Below are positions 28,880-39,622 of a stretch of DNA of 64,000 nt, piece by piece. Each line of letters opens with the position of its first letter. Within the stretch, counting starts at the first letter, position 1. Both the position numbers and the translations under genes were made by a program. Source of the stretch: a virus; IMG/VR virus record IMGVR_UViG_3300049218_000295, positions 64,001 to 128,000 of that record. One strand, written 5' to 3'. A model generated the notes under the pieces. The model had not been told where the DNA came from and did no database searches. It saw nothing but the letters and a program-made list of their open reading frames with translations.

Positions 28880-29560
28880 ATGCCGATTTTGAGGAACTCA
28901 GCCGATGTTACCGGAACGATCAAGTATTTATCGAATACTTTGATTGTGAACGGTTACATACCTTGCGACGGTTCCGTCTATCCAATCGCTACTTATCCTT
29001 CGCTTGCTAGCGTCATTGGGACGACTTACAACATCGGTGGTGAGGGTTCTTCCAACTTCCGTGTTCCGGATCTTCGGAGCAAAACGCCGGTCGGTGCTGG
29101 TCAGGACAGCGCCCATAACCTGAGTAACCGCGTGCTTGGTTATTACGGCGTGGGTTTCGACGTTGGGGAAGAAACCCACGTTCTGGTGGTTGATGAGTTG
29201 GCCGAACACGTGCACACTGCTACCACCGGGATTGAATCTCCTCTTCATGCCCACCCCAATAGCATTAACTACACTACGACTAACATTAGTGGTCAGGATC
29301 TCAATTCACATGCTCACTACTATACCCACACCAATACTGCTTTTGATGGCGACAGCGGTGGTGGTAGCACCATGCCTAATGGAGACCGAGGGGCGACTAC
29401 TGGTGGGTCGGGTAGCTTAAATCATGGTCACACTTATACAACTAGCAACGCAAGTTACAGTCACAACCATCAATATCAAACTGACGAAGGGACTGGTTTG
29501 GGAGACAGTCACAACAATATGCAGCCAAGTTTAGTCTGCTGCTTTTATATAAAGTATTAA
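28880..29560 (+). CDS. phage tail-collar domain protein with HxH needle
   Basis: GYIPCDG, VPDLRS, HxH repeats, HNNMQP. Confidence 0.9.
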   Translation: MPILRNSADVTGTIKYLSNTLIVNGYIPCDGSVYPIATYPSLASVIGTTYNIGGEGSSNFRVPDLRSKTPVGAGQDSAHNLSNRVLGYYGVGFDVGEETHVLVVDELAEHVHTATTGIESPLHAHPNSINYTTTNISGQDLNSHAHYYTHTNTAFDGDSGGGSTMPNGDRGATTGGSGSLNHGHTYTTSNASYSHNHQYQTDEGTGLGDSHNNMQPSLVCCFYIKY

Positions 29561-29563
29561 CTT

Positions 29564-30214
29564 ATGCCACTACTTACAGTTGACGCCACAGGAAATATTA
29601 AGACTTTTGCACCAGGGGTGACTACTGTTGGCTATCTTCCATGCGATGGCAGTCAATACCCCCAAACCCAATACCCTAGTCTCTTTGCGGTTATTGGAAC
29701 CACCTTCAATCTGGGTACTGAAACTGCTGGCAATTTTAGGGTCCCGAACATGCAGGGCAAGGTGAAGCTCGGGGCAGGACAAGATGCAACTCGAGGATTG
29801 AGTGCCCGCACATTAGGGGAATTTCTGGGTGAAGAAAACCATTCTCTAGCTACTGCTGAAATGCCACCCCATACTCATAGTGGTTATACCGACTACAACA
29901 GCACCGATAATCATTATCACAATGGTAATTCAGTTAGCGACAACTTGAACCTCAACCATACACATTCCTACACTGCCATTAACACACACGGTGCGGGTAG
30001 CGGTGGTGGTAACGCGGGAGCTAACGCTTCGGGGCAAAACACCACTGGTGCATATAATATTTCGCTGGTGCATGACCATGGTGTTTCAATCACTTCCTTG
30101 GCCAATACCCATACCAACAATTCATACACCACCGACACTGGAACTGGAGTCGCCGGTGATCCCCACAACAACATGCAACCTTCATTAGGAATTCCGTACT
30201 ATATTAAATACTAA
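29564..30214 (+). CDS. phage tail-collar domain protein with HxH needle
   Basis: GYLPCDG, VPNMQG, HxH repeats, HNNMQP. Confidence 0.9.
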   Translation: MPLLTVDATGNIKTFAPGVTTVGYLPCDGSQYPQTQYPSLFAVIGTTFNLGTETAGNFRVPNMQGKVKLGAGQDATRGLSARTLGEFLGEENHSLATAEMPPHTHSGYTDYNSTDNHYHNGNSVSDNLNLNHTHSYTAINTHGAGSGGGNAGANASGQNTTGAYNISLVHDHGVSITSLANTHTNNSYTTDTGTGVAGDPHNNMQPSLGIPYYIKY

Positions 30215-30216
30215 CT

Positions 30217-31062
30217 ATGTCAAATCCATTTACCTACGAACCTACCGACTACACTTTTGAATCCACGGAGCCCGCTGACCTACAGCAACATCCTGAGTAC
30301 CTCCGCAATTTGGAGGTCATCAAAAAGCAGCCACATGAGTTAGTCTGTGACGACTTAATTAATTGGGGCCAAGTGGAGAGCAACCGCAGGGAGTATGTAA
30401 GGAAATTAGAACGAGGACCGCATGCCACAATTTGGGACTATATCGAGCCCCCAGTGGGAACGTACCTATGGTATCAACAATACGTCAATGAAGATACTGG
30501 ACTCGCGAGGCTTGAGCATGTCCATGTGAACAACTTGTTGTATTACTCTGGCGGTATTTCTCAGTGGGACCTTAATGAGAGCTACAAGATTGAGCGCTAT
30601 CGGTCGATGTACCGTAACGGGAGTACGATTTCAACCGGAAACTTGACCAAGATCAAAAGCACTTACATCAACCCAATTCGGGTTTTCCGGGACAAGCAAA
30701 AGAGGCTGTTCATCCTAGATGGTTACAAACGTCACCGTGCAGCCGAACTAGAAAAAGTTAAAGTTTTATCCGCCTGGGTTTTTGAAGTAAATGGAGATTT
30801 CTTGGCCAACCGGACTCACTATATTGAACAAGCAATCAAAGAGGGTAAAGAAGTTCCGAAGCATGAGCTGAGCCTAGTTGGGGAGTCGTATCCCTTGTAT
30901 GTACCCCCGGTGGGATATCAAGATTTGCGTAAACGTTACTACCCACCAGTAGGAAAACAAATTGACGCAATGTTGAAAGCGGTGATGGAAGGAGACAAAT
31001 CTGACTTGAAAGCACTGTATGAAACTATCAAACAGGTTAAAGCCAGATTTCCTAAAGAATGA
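30217..31062 (+). CDS. ParB/Srx-like domain fused to fibre-chaperone-like C-terminus
   Basis: PIRV...ILDGYKRHRAA; C-terminal RKRYYPPVGKQIDAM...VKARFPK. Confidence 0.65.
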   Translation: MSNPFTYEPTDYTFESTEPADLQQHPEYLRNLEVIKKQPHELVCDDLINWGQVESNRREYVRKLERGPHATIWDYIEPPVGTYLWYQQYVNEDTGLARLEHVHVNNLLYYSGGISQWDLNESYKIERYRSMYRNGSTISTGNLTKIKSTYINPIRVFRDKQKRLFILDGYKRHRAAELEKVKVLSAWVFEVNGDFLANRTHYIEQAIKEGKEVPKHELSLVGESYPLYVPPVGYQDLRKRYYPPVGKQIDAMLKAVMEGDKSDLKALYETIKQVKARFPKE

Positions 31063-31730
31063 AGAAACCGCATGAACTAGTTACTTCAGAGTTTGTTCCC
31101 TTTCGAGAGTATTCTATTCTCAAAAGGGACCTCAGTTCCATACCCGTCGGTTCCTACGCCTGGAACCGCCAGGGCCTAGCTCGTGACTCTGCAGTTCTCG
31201 AACTAGTAGAACTTGACCCCAAAGCATTGCTCTACCACGCAGTAGACGCTATGGAGAACGAGTGGGCACTAGAATGTCGATATCGTAATATTGGAAGAGT
31301 GAACCACCAGCTCCAAAAAACAGGGCAACTCCCGCCCATCACCGCCTACCTGGATAAGAACAAAAATATTAGGTGCGTTTATTTGTCGAGCTATATTGCC
31401 AAAGTAGCCCAGTCTCATCAACTTCCAAAAGTGAAAGTTTGGCTGATGGACGCGACCAAAGGCTACGCCCTTAACAGGACTTTATATTTGCAGCAAGCCG
31501 CCAAGGATGGTTTATCAATCCCCGCTGAAGTATTGGAGGAATATGACTCCGGTGCTTTCGGTCTTTCGTTGCCTCTTCACTGTCCAACCTTGACTGAAAC
31601 CGATAGCGCGTTTGTTGGGAAACCCAACGTCGGAGATCATTTAGAGAGGCTTTACGAGGCTCTATTGAAAGAAGACAAGGCTAACAATCTAACAGAAATC
31701 CAAAAAAGACTGAGAGCGCTCGATGAATAA
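31059..31730 (+). CDS. degenerate paralog of the upstream ParB-like protein
   Basis: Shares PHELV, PVGxY, VKVxxW and NRTxYxxQAxKxG motifs but lacks DGxxR. Confidence 0.65.
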   Translation: MKKPHELVTSEFVPFREYSILKRDLSSIPVGSYAWNRQGLARDSAVLELVELDPKALLYHAVDAMENEWALECRYRNIGRVNHQLQKTGQLPPITAYLDKNKNIRCVYLSSYIAKVAQSHQLPKVKVWLMDATKGYALNRTLYLQQAAKDGLSIPAEVLEEYDSGAFGLSLPLHCPTLTETDSAFVGKPNVGDHLERLYEALLKEDKANNLTEIQKRLRALDE

Positions 31731-32403
31731 GATCTTCATTGGGTACGAGGAAAAGCAGAAGATTGCGGCTGACGTCCTAAAATTCAGTCTTCTGAAGCAT
31801 AGTACAATTCCTCTAGACATTCAATACCTCAAGTTGTCAGAACTCGACTTCCCTCGACCCATAGACCCGCTGCAGTCTACTGAGTTCACTTATTCACGTT
31901 TCTTAGTGCCCAGCATTTGCAACTACCAGGGCACGGCGCTGTTCTTGGACTGCGACATCTTATGCCTAAGCGATGTCAAAGAAATTTTTGAGCTTCCGAT
32001 GGAAGAGTACGCTATCAGGGTCGTAAAGCAGGTTCATGTCGTACAGGGAGCAACCACCAAAATGGGCGGTAAGTCCCAGGTCTATTATCCCCGCAAAAAC
32101 TGGTCGAGCGTCATGTTTATGAATTGTGAGAAGCTCCGGTACTGGAGCAAAGACTACGTCTGTGAGTCAGTGGGACTGGACCTCCACCAATTCAAGGGCC
32201 TAGAAAAGTCCGATATTGGCGTTTTGCCCCTGGAATGGAACCATCTTGATCATCGGAATGCTAAAACCAAAATGCTGCATTACACTTCGGGCGGACCTTG
32301 GTTGCCGGGGTGTGAAAACCACCCCCAAGAGGCACTTTGGCATTCCTATGAGCAAGAATTTCGCCAGGGGGAAGCCACGCCTCCCCCCGCAGAAAAGCTT
32401 TAA
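31723..32403 (+). CDS. glycosyltransferase, GT8-like (GT-A)
   Basis: KIFIGY, STEFTYSRFLVP, DCD, RKNWSS and HYTSGGPW motifs. Confidence 0.85.
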   Translation: MNKIFIGYEEKQKIAADVLKFSLLKHSTIPLDIQYLKLSELDFPRPIDPLQSTEFTYSRFLVPSICNYQGTALFLDCDILCLSDVKEIFELPMEEYAIRVVKQVHVVQGATTKMGGKSQVYYPRKNWSSVMFMNCEKLRYWSKDYVCESVGLDLHQFKGLEKSDIGVLPLEWNHLDHRNAKTKMLHYTSGGPWLPGCENHPQEALWHSYEQEFRQGEATPPPAEKL

Positions 32404-32621
32404 GCGGCTTTACGATGAACCTTTGCTTTGCGCAGCTTGGCTGCGGCGGCCCGTCTTTCTCGCTGGGCGTCGCGCCGCCGCGCACGCTCCGCTACCTTCT
32501 GATGTTCTTTGCAGCGTTTGGCGTGATGCTCGTCTTGCGGCATGACCCAACGTCCCTTTCCGCAATCCACGCATTTGATTAAGACACTGTATTCTGGACC
32601 TGGTTTTTTTGGCCTTGCCAT
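32400..32621 (-). CDS. small basic zinc-binding protein
   Basis: CVDC...CKEH; SD AAGGAG; has its own promoter. Confidence 0.7.
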   Translation of the reverse strand: MARPKKPGPEYSVLIKCVDCGKGRWVMPQDEHHAKRCKEHQKVAERARRRDAQRERRAAAAKLRKAKVHRKAA

Positions 32622-32642
32622 AGACTGTTACTCCTTAGAACC

Positions 32643-32671
32643 AGTATAACATAATTGTGCAAACGCGTCAA
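32643..32671 (-). promoter_or_regulatory. sigma70-type promoter
   Basis: TTGACG-17 nt-TATACT with TG extension. Confidence 0.75.
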
Positions 32672-32718
32672 GTACTATTATAGAACGGGACCGGGTTTCC
32701 GTTCCTTGGTTCACAGGC

Positions 32719-32725
32719 TTATCTT
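32719..32725 (+). promoter_or_regulatory. TTATCTT putative late-promoter element
   Basis: Intergenic, upstream of fibre gene B. Confidence 0.5.
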
Positions 32726-32762
32726 CGAAGGTGATGCAACTATATTCATCACCGGTGACCAA

Positions 32763-35700
32763 ATGAGCTTAACCGCGATATTCCAGTGGGACAATTCAGA
32801 CTCGACGGCTGACCTAAACCAGCGGTTCTCCTCAATATATGCCAAAGGCATCATCAGCAATACTGGTGGACTGCTTTCGCCTGTTTCGGGACAACTGCAA
32901 GTAACACTTTCTCCTTACATCGCTGTTGGCTTCGACGGAATGATGGTGCAAGAAAGTGCCGCCCAGACCTTCAATCTCGTCATCAATCAAACTAACGTCA
33001 TTGCACTTCGAGCTGTACACAATATTGGTGCGGCCCCTACTTTAACCTATGGCGTCTTCGAGATTACTGCTTTCAACAATCTCGTCAATCGGGACCAGTA
33101 TATTGCTTTCGGAGCGGTAACCGTTAGCAGTCCAGCCACCCAAGCTACTACGAATGATATCAGTTATAGCGGTCGAGATCAAAATGATCAAATTCAGCGC
33201 AATCCCTTTCGCGGACGGGTTTCTTCCCAAACCATTACATGTACCGAAGTGGAAGGCAGCCCGGTCCTGGCCACCACCCAGCTTTCAGATTTGAGTGTTG
33301 GTTTAGCAGTCTCGGGCATTGGTATCGCTTCGGCTTCCTACATTACAGCTATTAATAGCCCGGTTTCCACTACTGCCTCCTTTACAACTAGCTCAACGGC
33401 GATTACGGTAAATAGTGTAACCGGAATTTACCCTGGAATGTTGGTTACCGACACGACCAACAGCAACTATATCCCAGCGGGAACTACTGTAACCTCAATC
33501 GTTTCTACTACAGTTTTCATTAGTCAGGCAACTATTGGTACCGCAGCGAATGATACTGTATCCTTCCAGGGAAGCTTTGTTATCAATAACAACGCCATTT
33601 CTCCTGGTGGCTCACAAAGTCTCACTTTTGTCAACCTTCCCGTTCTTACCCCGAACCAAAATTTGCCTGGCGATTTCTACATGGTCAACCAAGGGACCGG
33701 CGATTTGGCGTCCATTTGGGCCTGGAATGGCGAAGTTTGGATTAACATCACGGATTCCCAAAGTATTGAATCTGAACTTACACAACATGAAGAAAATTTC
33801 TTCCAAAACCAAATCCATTTAACTAGTACCCCTGGCGTCAGCGACCAGGCAAGTGCTGCTCTCGGTTCCTATGGTATCCCCGGTTTACTGAACCGATACG
33901 TAACTCAGACTGACCCACAGTTCCCCTCGACTGATGAGGCGGAGGCACTAGTTGGTTTTCCGACATCCCCCGCTCCAAGCGCATCCAACGCCTATATTAC
34001 ACAACAGTATCCAGTAGCCGCCACTACGCAGGTTCTTTTCGCGCTGCCGCCCGGCGGACCAATCCAAATTCAGGCTTCTGAAGGTCCAATCTATGTCGGA
34101 ACCGGACCGGTCAACTCGGCCAATGTTTTCTTTATGCTTATGGACTTTAGCCTCAAAAGGGGCTATGTCAATAATGAGGGCGTGGCCCCTCAAATTGTTG
34201 GGGTCTTCACAGATGGCCTTCTTACTCAGCCATTAGTACCATCGTCCAACGCTAACGTGGACGCCAACGGTTTCTTCACTGGTGACCTCTTCCTTCAAAC
34301 CAGCACGGTTGTGGATACTGGTTTCCGCTTGGTTTATGGCTGCCGTCAAATTCTTTCCTCGGTAGTTAAAGACTTTACAGTAAACACCACCCCCGGAGAC
34401 GACACCATTCCTTCCTTGGTGGTCCAACAGGTGGCCAACATTAAAGGCCGCTCCTTCGATACCTCGACTCCCACCGATGAACAAAATATCAATCTCCGTA
34501 TTGACCTCAACGGTGTTCATTCTTACCTCGGTTCGGTTCTTGATACCAACACCGTGGCTGACGCCGCCGACTTTAAACGTCTAGCCGACGAGCCAACCAT
34601 CGGAAGCTACTTTGACTATAACGTTGGCATCGAGCCAATCTACACCTATTTGAACTCGTCCTTGACGGGTTACACCTACGCATTGGTATCCGGAACGGGG
34701 ACGATCACCTACACCAGTGGTGTCATTCCAGTAGGGGTCCAGGCGGGCAACCTTTTTATTGATGGTGACAATAATCAATATGTCATCCAATCTGTAATCT
34801 CGACCACCCAATTGACTATTGTTTTGCCTAGTACTGGTCTTGCTCCAAGCGCAAGCACTGTTATTACTGCTCCATCAGGAGCTGGAACCGCCCAGAGTGG
34901 CGCGTGCCAAGTAAATAACAACCCACGAAACGTCTTGATTTCTGAAATGAAGATCGATGGCCTTTCTGAAGTCATCGCAGTTCCCTCAATCCAGGCGAAC
35001 AACGCAGAGTTTTCACAACCATTGGGCCAAGTGGCTTATGCACCGGTCCGTCCAGACCAGCGCCTCGAACCGCGCCTCGTTTTCTATGGTGACGCCTGGG
35101 AGAATTTTCAGGACCCAGTAACTGGTGAACAATACGTTAGGAATGCTGGCACAGGCAGCTTTATGATTACCAGCATCTTCACTGATGTTGCGGTAATTGT
35201 CCGTCGCCGTGCTGGGTCTCCACCGCTAAGTGTTTCTATCAACGGCACCACTCCTTTCAACGTCAGTATCTCGGGTGGCGGACTAATCGCGGACGCCGTG
35301 ACCACAGCTTTCGGACCAAAATACGAAGCAGTTCCTATTGCTAAGAACTTGCAAAGTAGAGCAGATTGGAGTGCCACAACACCATCCACTATCACTGCTA
35401 CTATCGCTGCCGCTTCTTCTGAATCCTTTGATATTTATGGCATCTTGTTGATGAAGACCAATGATACCACAGCGGGTACTGTGGTATTGGAGTCTGGGGT
35501 CGCTTTCGCCCAAGCACAAATCATCCAGAATGATGTTGTCAATTCCACCGTCCCCATTCCGCCTCTGACCCCCTATCAACGCGGTGGACGAGTAAGTTAT
35601 GCCGCCAACAACGGCAGCTTTAACACCGCGATCTCGCAGCTTGCGACTCTGGATGGTGCTCCCAATACGAGCGCATCACCTAATGGTACTCTCACAAATT

Positions 35701-38700
35701 CTGGTTCGACGTCGCAGTTGGTTCTGTCGAATTCCAACTATGCCAGTTTGCTTGTTGGCTATCAAGTCAACGATATTGTCCAACTGATAAACACCACTTC
35801 GTTACTTTCTGACATCCACCGTATCACTGCTATCAACAACAATACGGTGACCTTCGAGAGCACTTCAAACACCAATGGCTCTACCTGCAATATGAGGCAT
35901 ATTTGCAGTACGAATAGCCCGGTAGTCAACCCAATTGACGCAGAAGTTGCACGTTATAACCTTGTCACGGACTTTACCAACGGAACTCCAACAGACTTCT
36001 CCGGTCCTGCGACTGCAAATCGCTACGCTTTAGGAAAAGACAAATACACCTTGGTCGCAGGGACCAACCTCAGTGTTCAATTCGAACCCGTCGTTACTGG
36101 CAGCTCAGCCGCAGTCCGTATTGAATCCGGCGGAACCCTAAGAATTAAAGTTTTAGCTACAAGACTTGACATTTTGGTAAACAGCCCATCGGCTGTTTCT
36201 TTTAATGTCTCCATCGACGGTTCGCCTGCCTACACCTGGGGTCCGACGATTGGTGGTGGACAACTTGTTAATTTGTTCTACAATGCTCGTTATCAAGACC
36301 ATGAAGTGGTCATCACAAATGCCACCGGTCTTGCTATTAGTGAAATCATCATTTTTGCGCCAGCAGCAGCTTCGCTTCCGGTTGATACTGTTGCGGTAGC
36401 GGACCTTTACCAGCCCGCATTCTATTTGCCTTCGCTATCCTATTTGTCGTCCGCCCCAAATACCTATCTGGTCGGTGGTTGGTTCCACGAGGCGCTTCAC
36501 TACATAGCAACATTGCTGGGTACAGGTGTAAATCCTGACTGGACACTCACGCAGAGCTGGTCGGACGCCGGTGGCAAATCACCATACGGCCAATACATGA
36601 GTACTGCGAACAACGGTTCCGCCGCCGAATTTTGGGTTCTCGGCACTGGGTTCGAATTGCAGTACATCATGGGTCCGAATCACGGGTATTTCAATGTTTC
36701 GGTTGATGGAACTGACCTCGCTTCCGTTTCCGGAACCCTTGTCGGTTCTAATCCAACAGGTGGGGCCTATTCCGGTGGCGTAGTCGATGCTTACAGTGCA
36801 GGCTACACTCGTAGGAACATTGGCGTTTATGGCTTGGCTTTTGGTCTCCATCATGTGGTTGCCAAAATTCCATCGACTTTGGCCAAAAACTCGGCGTCGA
36901 CCGGTTATTACATGGCATTCACCGGCTACTATGCTATCAACATGTCGAGCGGAACCACTGCTACACTTTCTATCGGCATCGACCAATATGGCAACTACAA
37001 TGGAGTAGTTGATACTCGCACTTTTGCACCTCTGCCTGTTATTGCGGGTGTTACGCCCCAAACTTACGAGCTTCTTGGAAGTAATGTCACCGCTCTCACG
37101 TCAAACCCGAACTACGCAGGTCGTGGCGCTCCACTTCGCACGGTTGGAAACAGTCAGGGTTTTGCCGATGCAATTGCTAGCATGGACAACCAGATTAGTC
37201 TGTTCTTTGACCAGCTCCGAATGTTACCAAGTCCACAAGCAGGTGGCACAATTTATTCTAACCGAGTAGCAATGCTTGGCTCAGACGTAACGATGCTCGA
37301 TGGAACAACCCGCAGCCAGATCATCAAGACGTTCTTGATGAACTTTAGTGGGGCACAGTTCTCGTTTGGAACCAGCGATGCTGGGACAATTTACGACCAG
37401 ACTGGATTAACGAGCATTGGTTCTTTTGCTGCAGTTAATCCTGGACCCGGAAACTTCCTTTGGTACTCGATCACAGCGCAGTCCAACACCCTCGGCTCCG
37501 ATAATCGGATGTCGATTGAGTTTACTGTCACAGCGGCGACTTCAACAGGGACAACTCAGGCTACAGCACCACGAGCTACTTTTGTCAGCGGCTTCCCAAT
37601 TGGCGAAGTATGCGTAGCAGGGACTACAGGTTCAGCGACCGTCAACGTCCTGCCTATTACTGCGGGCCAAATTGTCCAGTTGGGGATTGGGGCCGGAGCA
37701 GGCTCCTCAGGTTCGGGGGGCGGAGCGCCTACACAACCTGCTGATGGATTCTCACTAGTAGTTTCGGACACTTTCCAAGAATCACCCTCTGCTGTTGGCT
37801 CTTTCGTTAACCCGACGTACACCACGGGCTCATACAATCCGGCAAGCAACATCTACTCCTTGCTTTGTGACAAGACACCAACGATCACAACGCTGGGCGT
37901 AGATTTCACATTGAGTCAAGCCCCATCGGGTTTCTCACTCGCAGTCGGTAACGTTATCTGGGTGAACTCACTTGGTACTTTCTCCAAAGTCGCTACAGTC
38001 ACTTCCACAACCACAGGGACTCTGGACGTTGCTTTCTCTGCTGATCAGACTGCTGCGGCTGGGATGGTTGCTCAGGCTCTTTGGACTCTGGATTTGGCCA
38101 ACGTTGGGGACCCTGCCCACCAAACACGCCCTTGCGACTTCTACCCGAATTTCAACAGTCCGCAAATCAACATTGACTACGAAGACAGTTTGGCTTCGGG
38201 AGATGCAGTAGCCGACCTTGTGGCTCAAGCCCGCGTGGTAGTTGCGGCTTCGAACTACGGCTTCTACAATGATACCTCTTCAATCGCTCTATCGAGCCAG
38301 TATGCCCCAATCTTCACGCGGCCATCAGCTCCAAACCAAATCAACAACTACGTGCTTGATACTATTACTGGTATCGTGAGTGCCACTACCTCGAACACAA
38401 TCACGCTTTCACCGATTAACACCAACTTCTTAGCTGCGGCGGGTGAGCTTACCTACAGTACTTCTCTCACAACCACTGGAACTTTTTCATCAGGTTCTTT
38501 AACTATAACGGTAGCAAGTGCGGCGGGAATTGTAGTAGGAATGTACATCTCGGACACGAGCAATACGAGCTACATTCAGCCCAACACGATTGTAACATCA
38601 ATCGTTGGAACTACAATCGGAATAAACCAGCCAACAATGGGCGCAGCTTCTGGTGACGGACTTTCTATTCAAGGCAATACTCCTTTCACCTATACGAGCT

Positions 38701-39614
38701 ATGACAGCACCTCCGGGGTTTTCTCTGGAGTTAGCCCAAGCCCAGTTGGCACTGTAGTCAACGGCTATTCTATTATTCAAGCTCAACAACGTTGTTTCTT
38801 GGTGTTCTTCCCGAACCCGAACAATTCAACAGTGACTTCGCTTGCTAACATCATTACTTATGATTGCAGCGTTTACCCCACGCAAGTACTCTCCAACGGT
38901 GGCTATCTCAATGCAAGTTACTGCCAGTCCGACGGTAGTGGCACTCCTATCAACTGCTCGAACCCGACAGTGGTCGGTGGCCTCTCGCAGCTTGTTCTAG
39001 GCTTCACTTATGTACCAGGATTGAACCAGTTGCCCCTATCTCCGGATGGCGACCTAGAAGTCATTGTGGAAGGGGAAGTGATTCCTCGCTACTTCCCCGG
39101 AGTGGTCGGAGCTTACTACACCGAAATCAACTTTAACACTATCGGTTTCTGGTCGAACCTTTCTGGAAGTTCACTCAGCATCCACGTTCGCCAGCGCCAG
39201 GGTTCAATTGATTCAAACAGCAATAACGCTCTAAAGCTTACGGCCTTAGTGGACATAGTGGTTGGTAGCACTGCACAGGTAGCTGCTGGTATAGCCAGCT
39301 ACAGTTCGCTCCAAGCTGCGGTCAGTGTGGCTTCTCCCGGTCAAAAGATTGTGTTCTTGGCCGGTGCTACAGTGACTGAAAGCGTGACAATCAGTGTTCC
39401 TGTCATTATAACGGGACACGGGACCTCATCTATAATTAACGGAAACCTTACGTTGGCCGCAGGCTCCGATGGTACTTCTATTGAGTTAATGTACATCAGT
39501 GGTTCCATCACACTCAACTCCAACTATAACTTCCTGTGGAAAAACTGGCAACTAACGGGTCAAAGTTTCACCGATGCGGGCACTGAGAACCATTACTTAA
39601 TTATCCCAGACTAA
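32763..39614 (+). CDS. large tail-fibre / baseplate-associated protein B (about 2283 aa)
   Basis: MSLTAIFQWDNSDSTADLN aligns with MTLRALLQFRNLDSTSDIN of protein A, which fixes the start at ATG 32763. Confidence 0.8.
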   Translation: MSLTAIFQWDNSDSTADLNQRFSSIYAKGIISNTGGLLSPVSGQLQVTLSPYIAVGFDGMMVQESAAQTFNLVINQTNVIALRAVHNIGAAPTLTYGVFEITAFNNLVNRDQYIAFGAVTVSSPATQATTNDISYSGRDQNDQIQRNPFRGRVSSQTITCTEVEGSPVLATTQLSDLSVGLAVSGIGIASASYITAINSPVSTTASFTTSSTAITVNSVTGIYPGMLVTDTTNSNYIPAGTTVTSIVSTTVFISQATIGTAANDTVSFQGSFVINNNAISPGGSQSLTFVNLPVLTPNQNLPGDFYMVNQGTGDLASIWAWNGEVWINITDSQSIESELTQHEENFFQNQIHLTSTPGVSDQASAALGSYGIPGLLNRYVTQTDPQFPSTDEAEALVGFPTSPAPSASNAYITQQYPVAATTQVLFALPPGGPIQIQASEGPIYVGTGPVNSANVFFMLMDFSLKRGYVNNEGVAPQIVGVFTDGLLTQPLVPSSNANVDANGFFTGDLFLQTSTVVDTGFRLVYGCRQILSSVVKDFTVNTTPGDDTIPSLVVQQVANIKGRSFDTSTPTDEQNINLRIDLNGVHSYLGSVLDTNTVADAADFKRLADEPTIGSYFDYNVGIEPIYTYLNSSLTGYTYALVSGTGTITYTSGVIPVGVQAGNLFIDGDNNQYVIQSVISTTQLTIVLPSTGLAPSASTVITAPSGAGTAQSGACQVNNNPRNVLISEMKIDGLSEVIAVPSIQANNAEFSQPLGQVAYAPVRPDQRLEPRLVFYGDAWENFQDPVTGEQYVRNAGTGSFMITSIFTDVAVIVRRRAGSPPLSVSINGTTPFNVSISGGGLIADAVTTAFGPKYEAVPIAKNLQSRADWSATTPSTITATIAAASSESFDIYGILLMKTNDTTAGTVVLESGVAFAQAQIIQNDVVNSTVPIPPLTPYQRGGRVSYAANNGSFNTAISQLATLDGAPNTSASPNGTLTNSGSTSQLVLSNSNYASLLVGYQVNDIVQLINTTSLLSDIHRITAINNNTVTFESTSNTNGSTCNMRHICSTNSPVVNPIDAEVARYNLVTDFTNGTPTDFSGPATANRYALGKDKYTLVAGTNLSVQFEPVVTGSSAAVRIESGGTLRIKVLATRLDILVNSPSAVSFNVSIDGSPAYTWGPTIGGGQLVNLFYNARYQDHEVVITNATGLAISEIIIFAPAAASLPVDTVAVADLYQPAFYLPSLSYLSSAPNTYLVGGWFHEALHYIATLLGTGVNPDWTLTQSWSDAGGKSPYGQYMSTANNGSAAEFWVLGTGFELQYIMGPNHGYFNVSVDGTDLASVSGTLVGSNPTGGAYSGGVVDAYSAGYTRRNIGVYGLAFGLHHVVAKIPSTLAKNSASTGYYMAFTGYYAINMSSGTTATLSIGIDQYGNYNGVVDTRTFAPLPVIAGVTPQTYELLGSNVTALTSNPNYAGRGAPLRTVGNSQGFADAIASMDNQISLFFDQLRMLPSPQAGGTIYSNRVAMLGSDVTMLDGTTRSQIIKTFLMNFSGAQFSFGTSDAGTIYDQTGLTSIGSFAAVNPGPGNFLWYSITAQSNTLGSDNRMSIEFTVTAATSTGTTQATAPRATFVSGFPIGEVCVAGTTGSATVNVLPITAGQIVQLGIGAGAGSSGSGGGAPTQPADGFSLVVSDTFQESPSAVGSFVNPTYTTGSYNPASNIYSLLCDKTPTITTLGVDFTLSQAPSGFSLAVGNVIWVNSLGTFSKVATVTSTTTGTLDVAFSADQTAAAGMVAQALWTLDLANVGDPAHQTRPCDFYPNFNSPQINIDYEDSLASGDAVADLVAQARVVVAASNYGFYNDTSSIALSSQYAPIFTRPSAPNQINNYVLDTITGIVSATTSNTITLSPINTNFLAAAGELTYSTSLTTTGTFSSGSLTITVASAAGIVVGMYISDTSNTSYIQPNTIVTSIVGTTIGINQPTMGAASGDGLSIQGNTPFTYTSYDSTSGVFSGVSPSPVGTVVNGYSIIQAQQRCFLVFFPNPNNSTVTSLANIITYDCSVYPTQVLSNGGYLNASYCQSDGSGTPINCSNPTVVGGLSQLVLGFTYVPGLNQLPLSPDGDLEVIVEGEVIPRYFPGVVGAYYTEINFNTIGFWSNLSGSSLSIHVRQRQGSIDSNSNNALKLTALVDIVVGSTAQVAAGIASYSSLQAAVSVASPGQKIVFLAGATVTESVTISVPVIITGHGTSSIINGNLTLAAGSDGTSIELMYISGSITLNSNYNFLWKNWQLTGQSFTDAGTENHYLIIPD

Positions 39615-39622
39615 GGAGCAAC

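Noticed and set aside
32655-32762. Track start of fibre B at 32655
   Set aside because: It overlaps the divergent promoter; paralog alignment supports ATG 32763.
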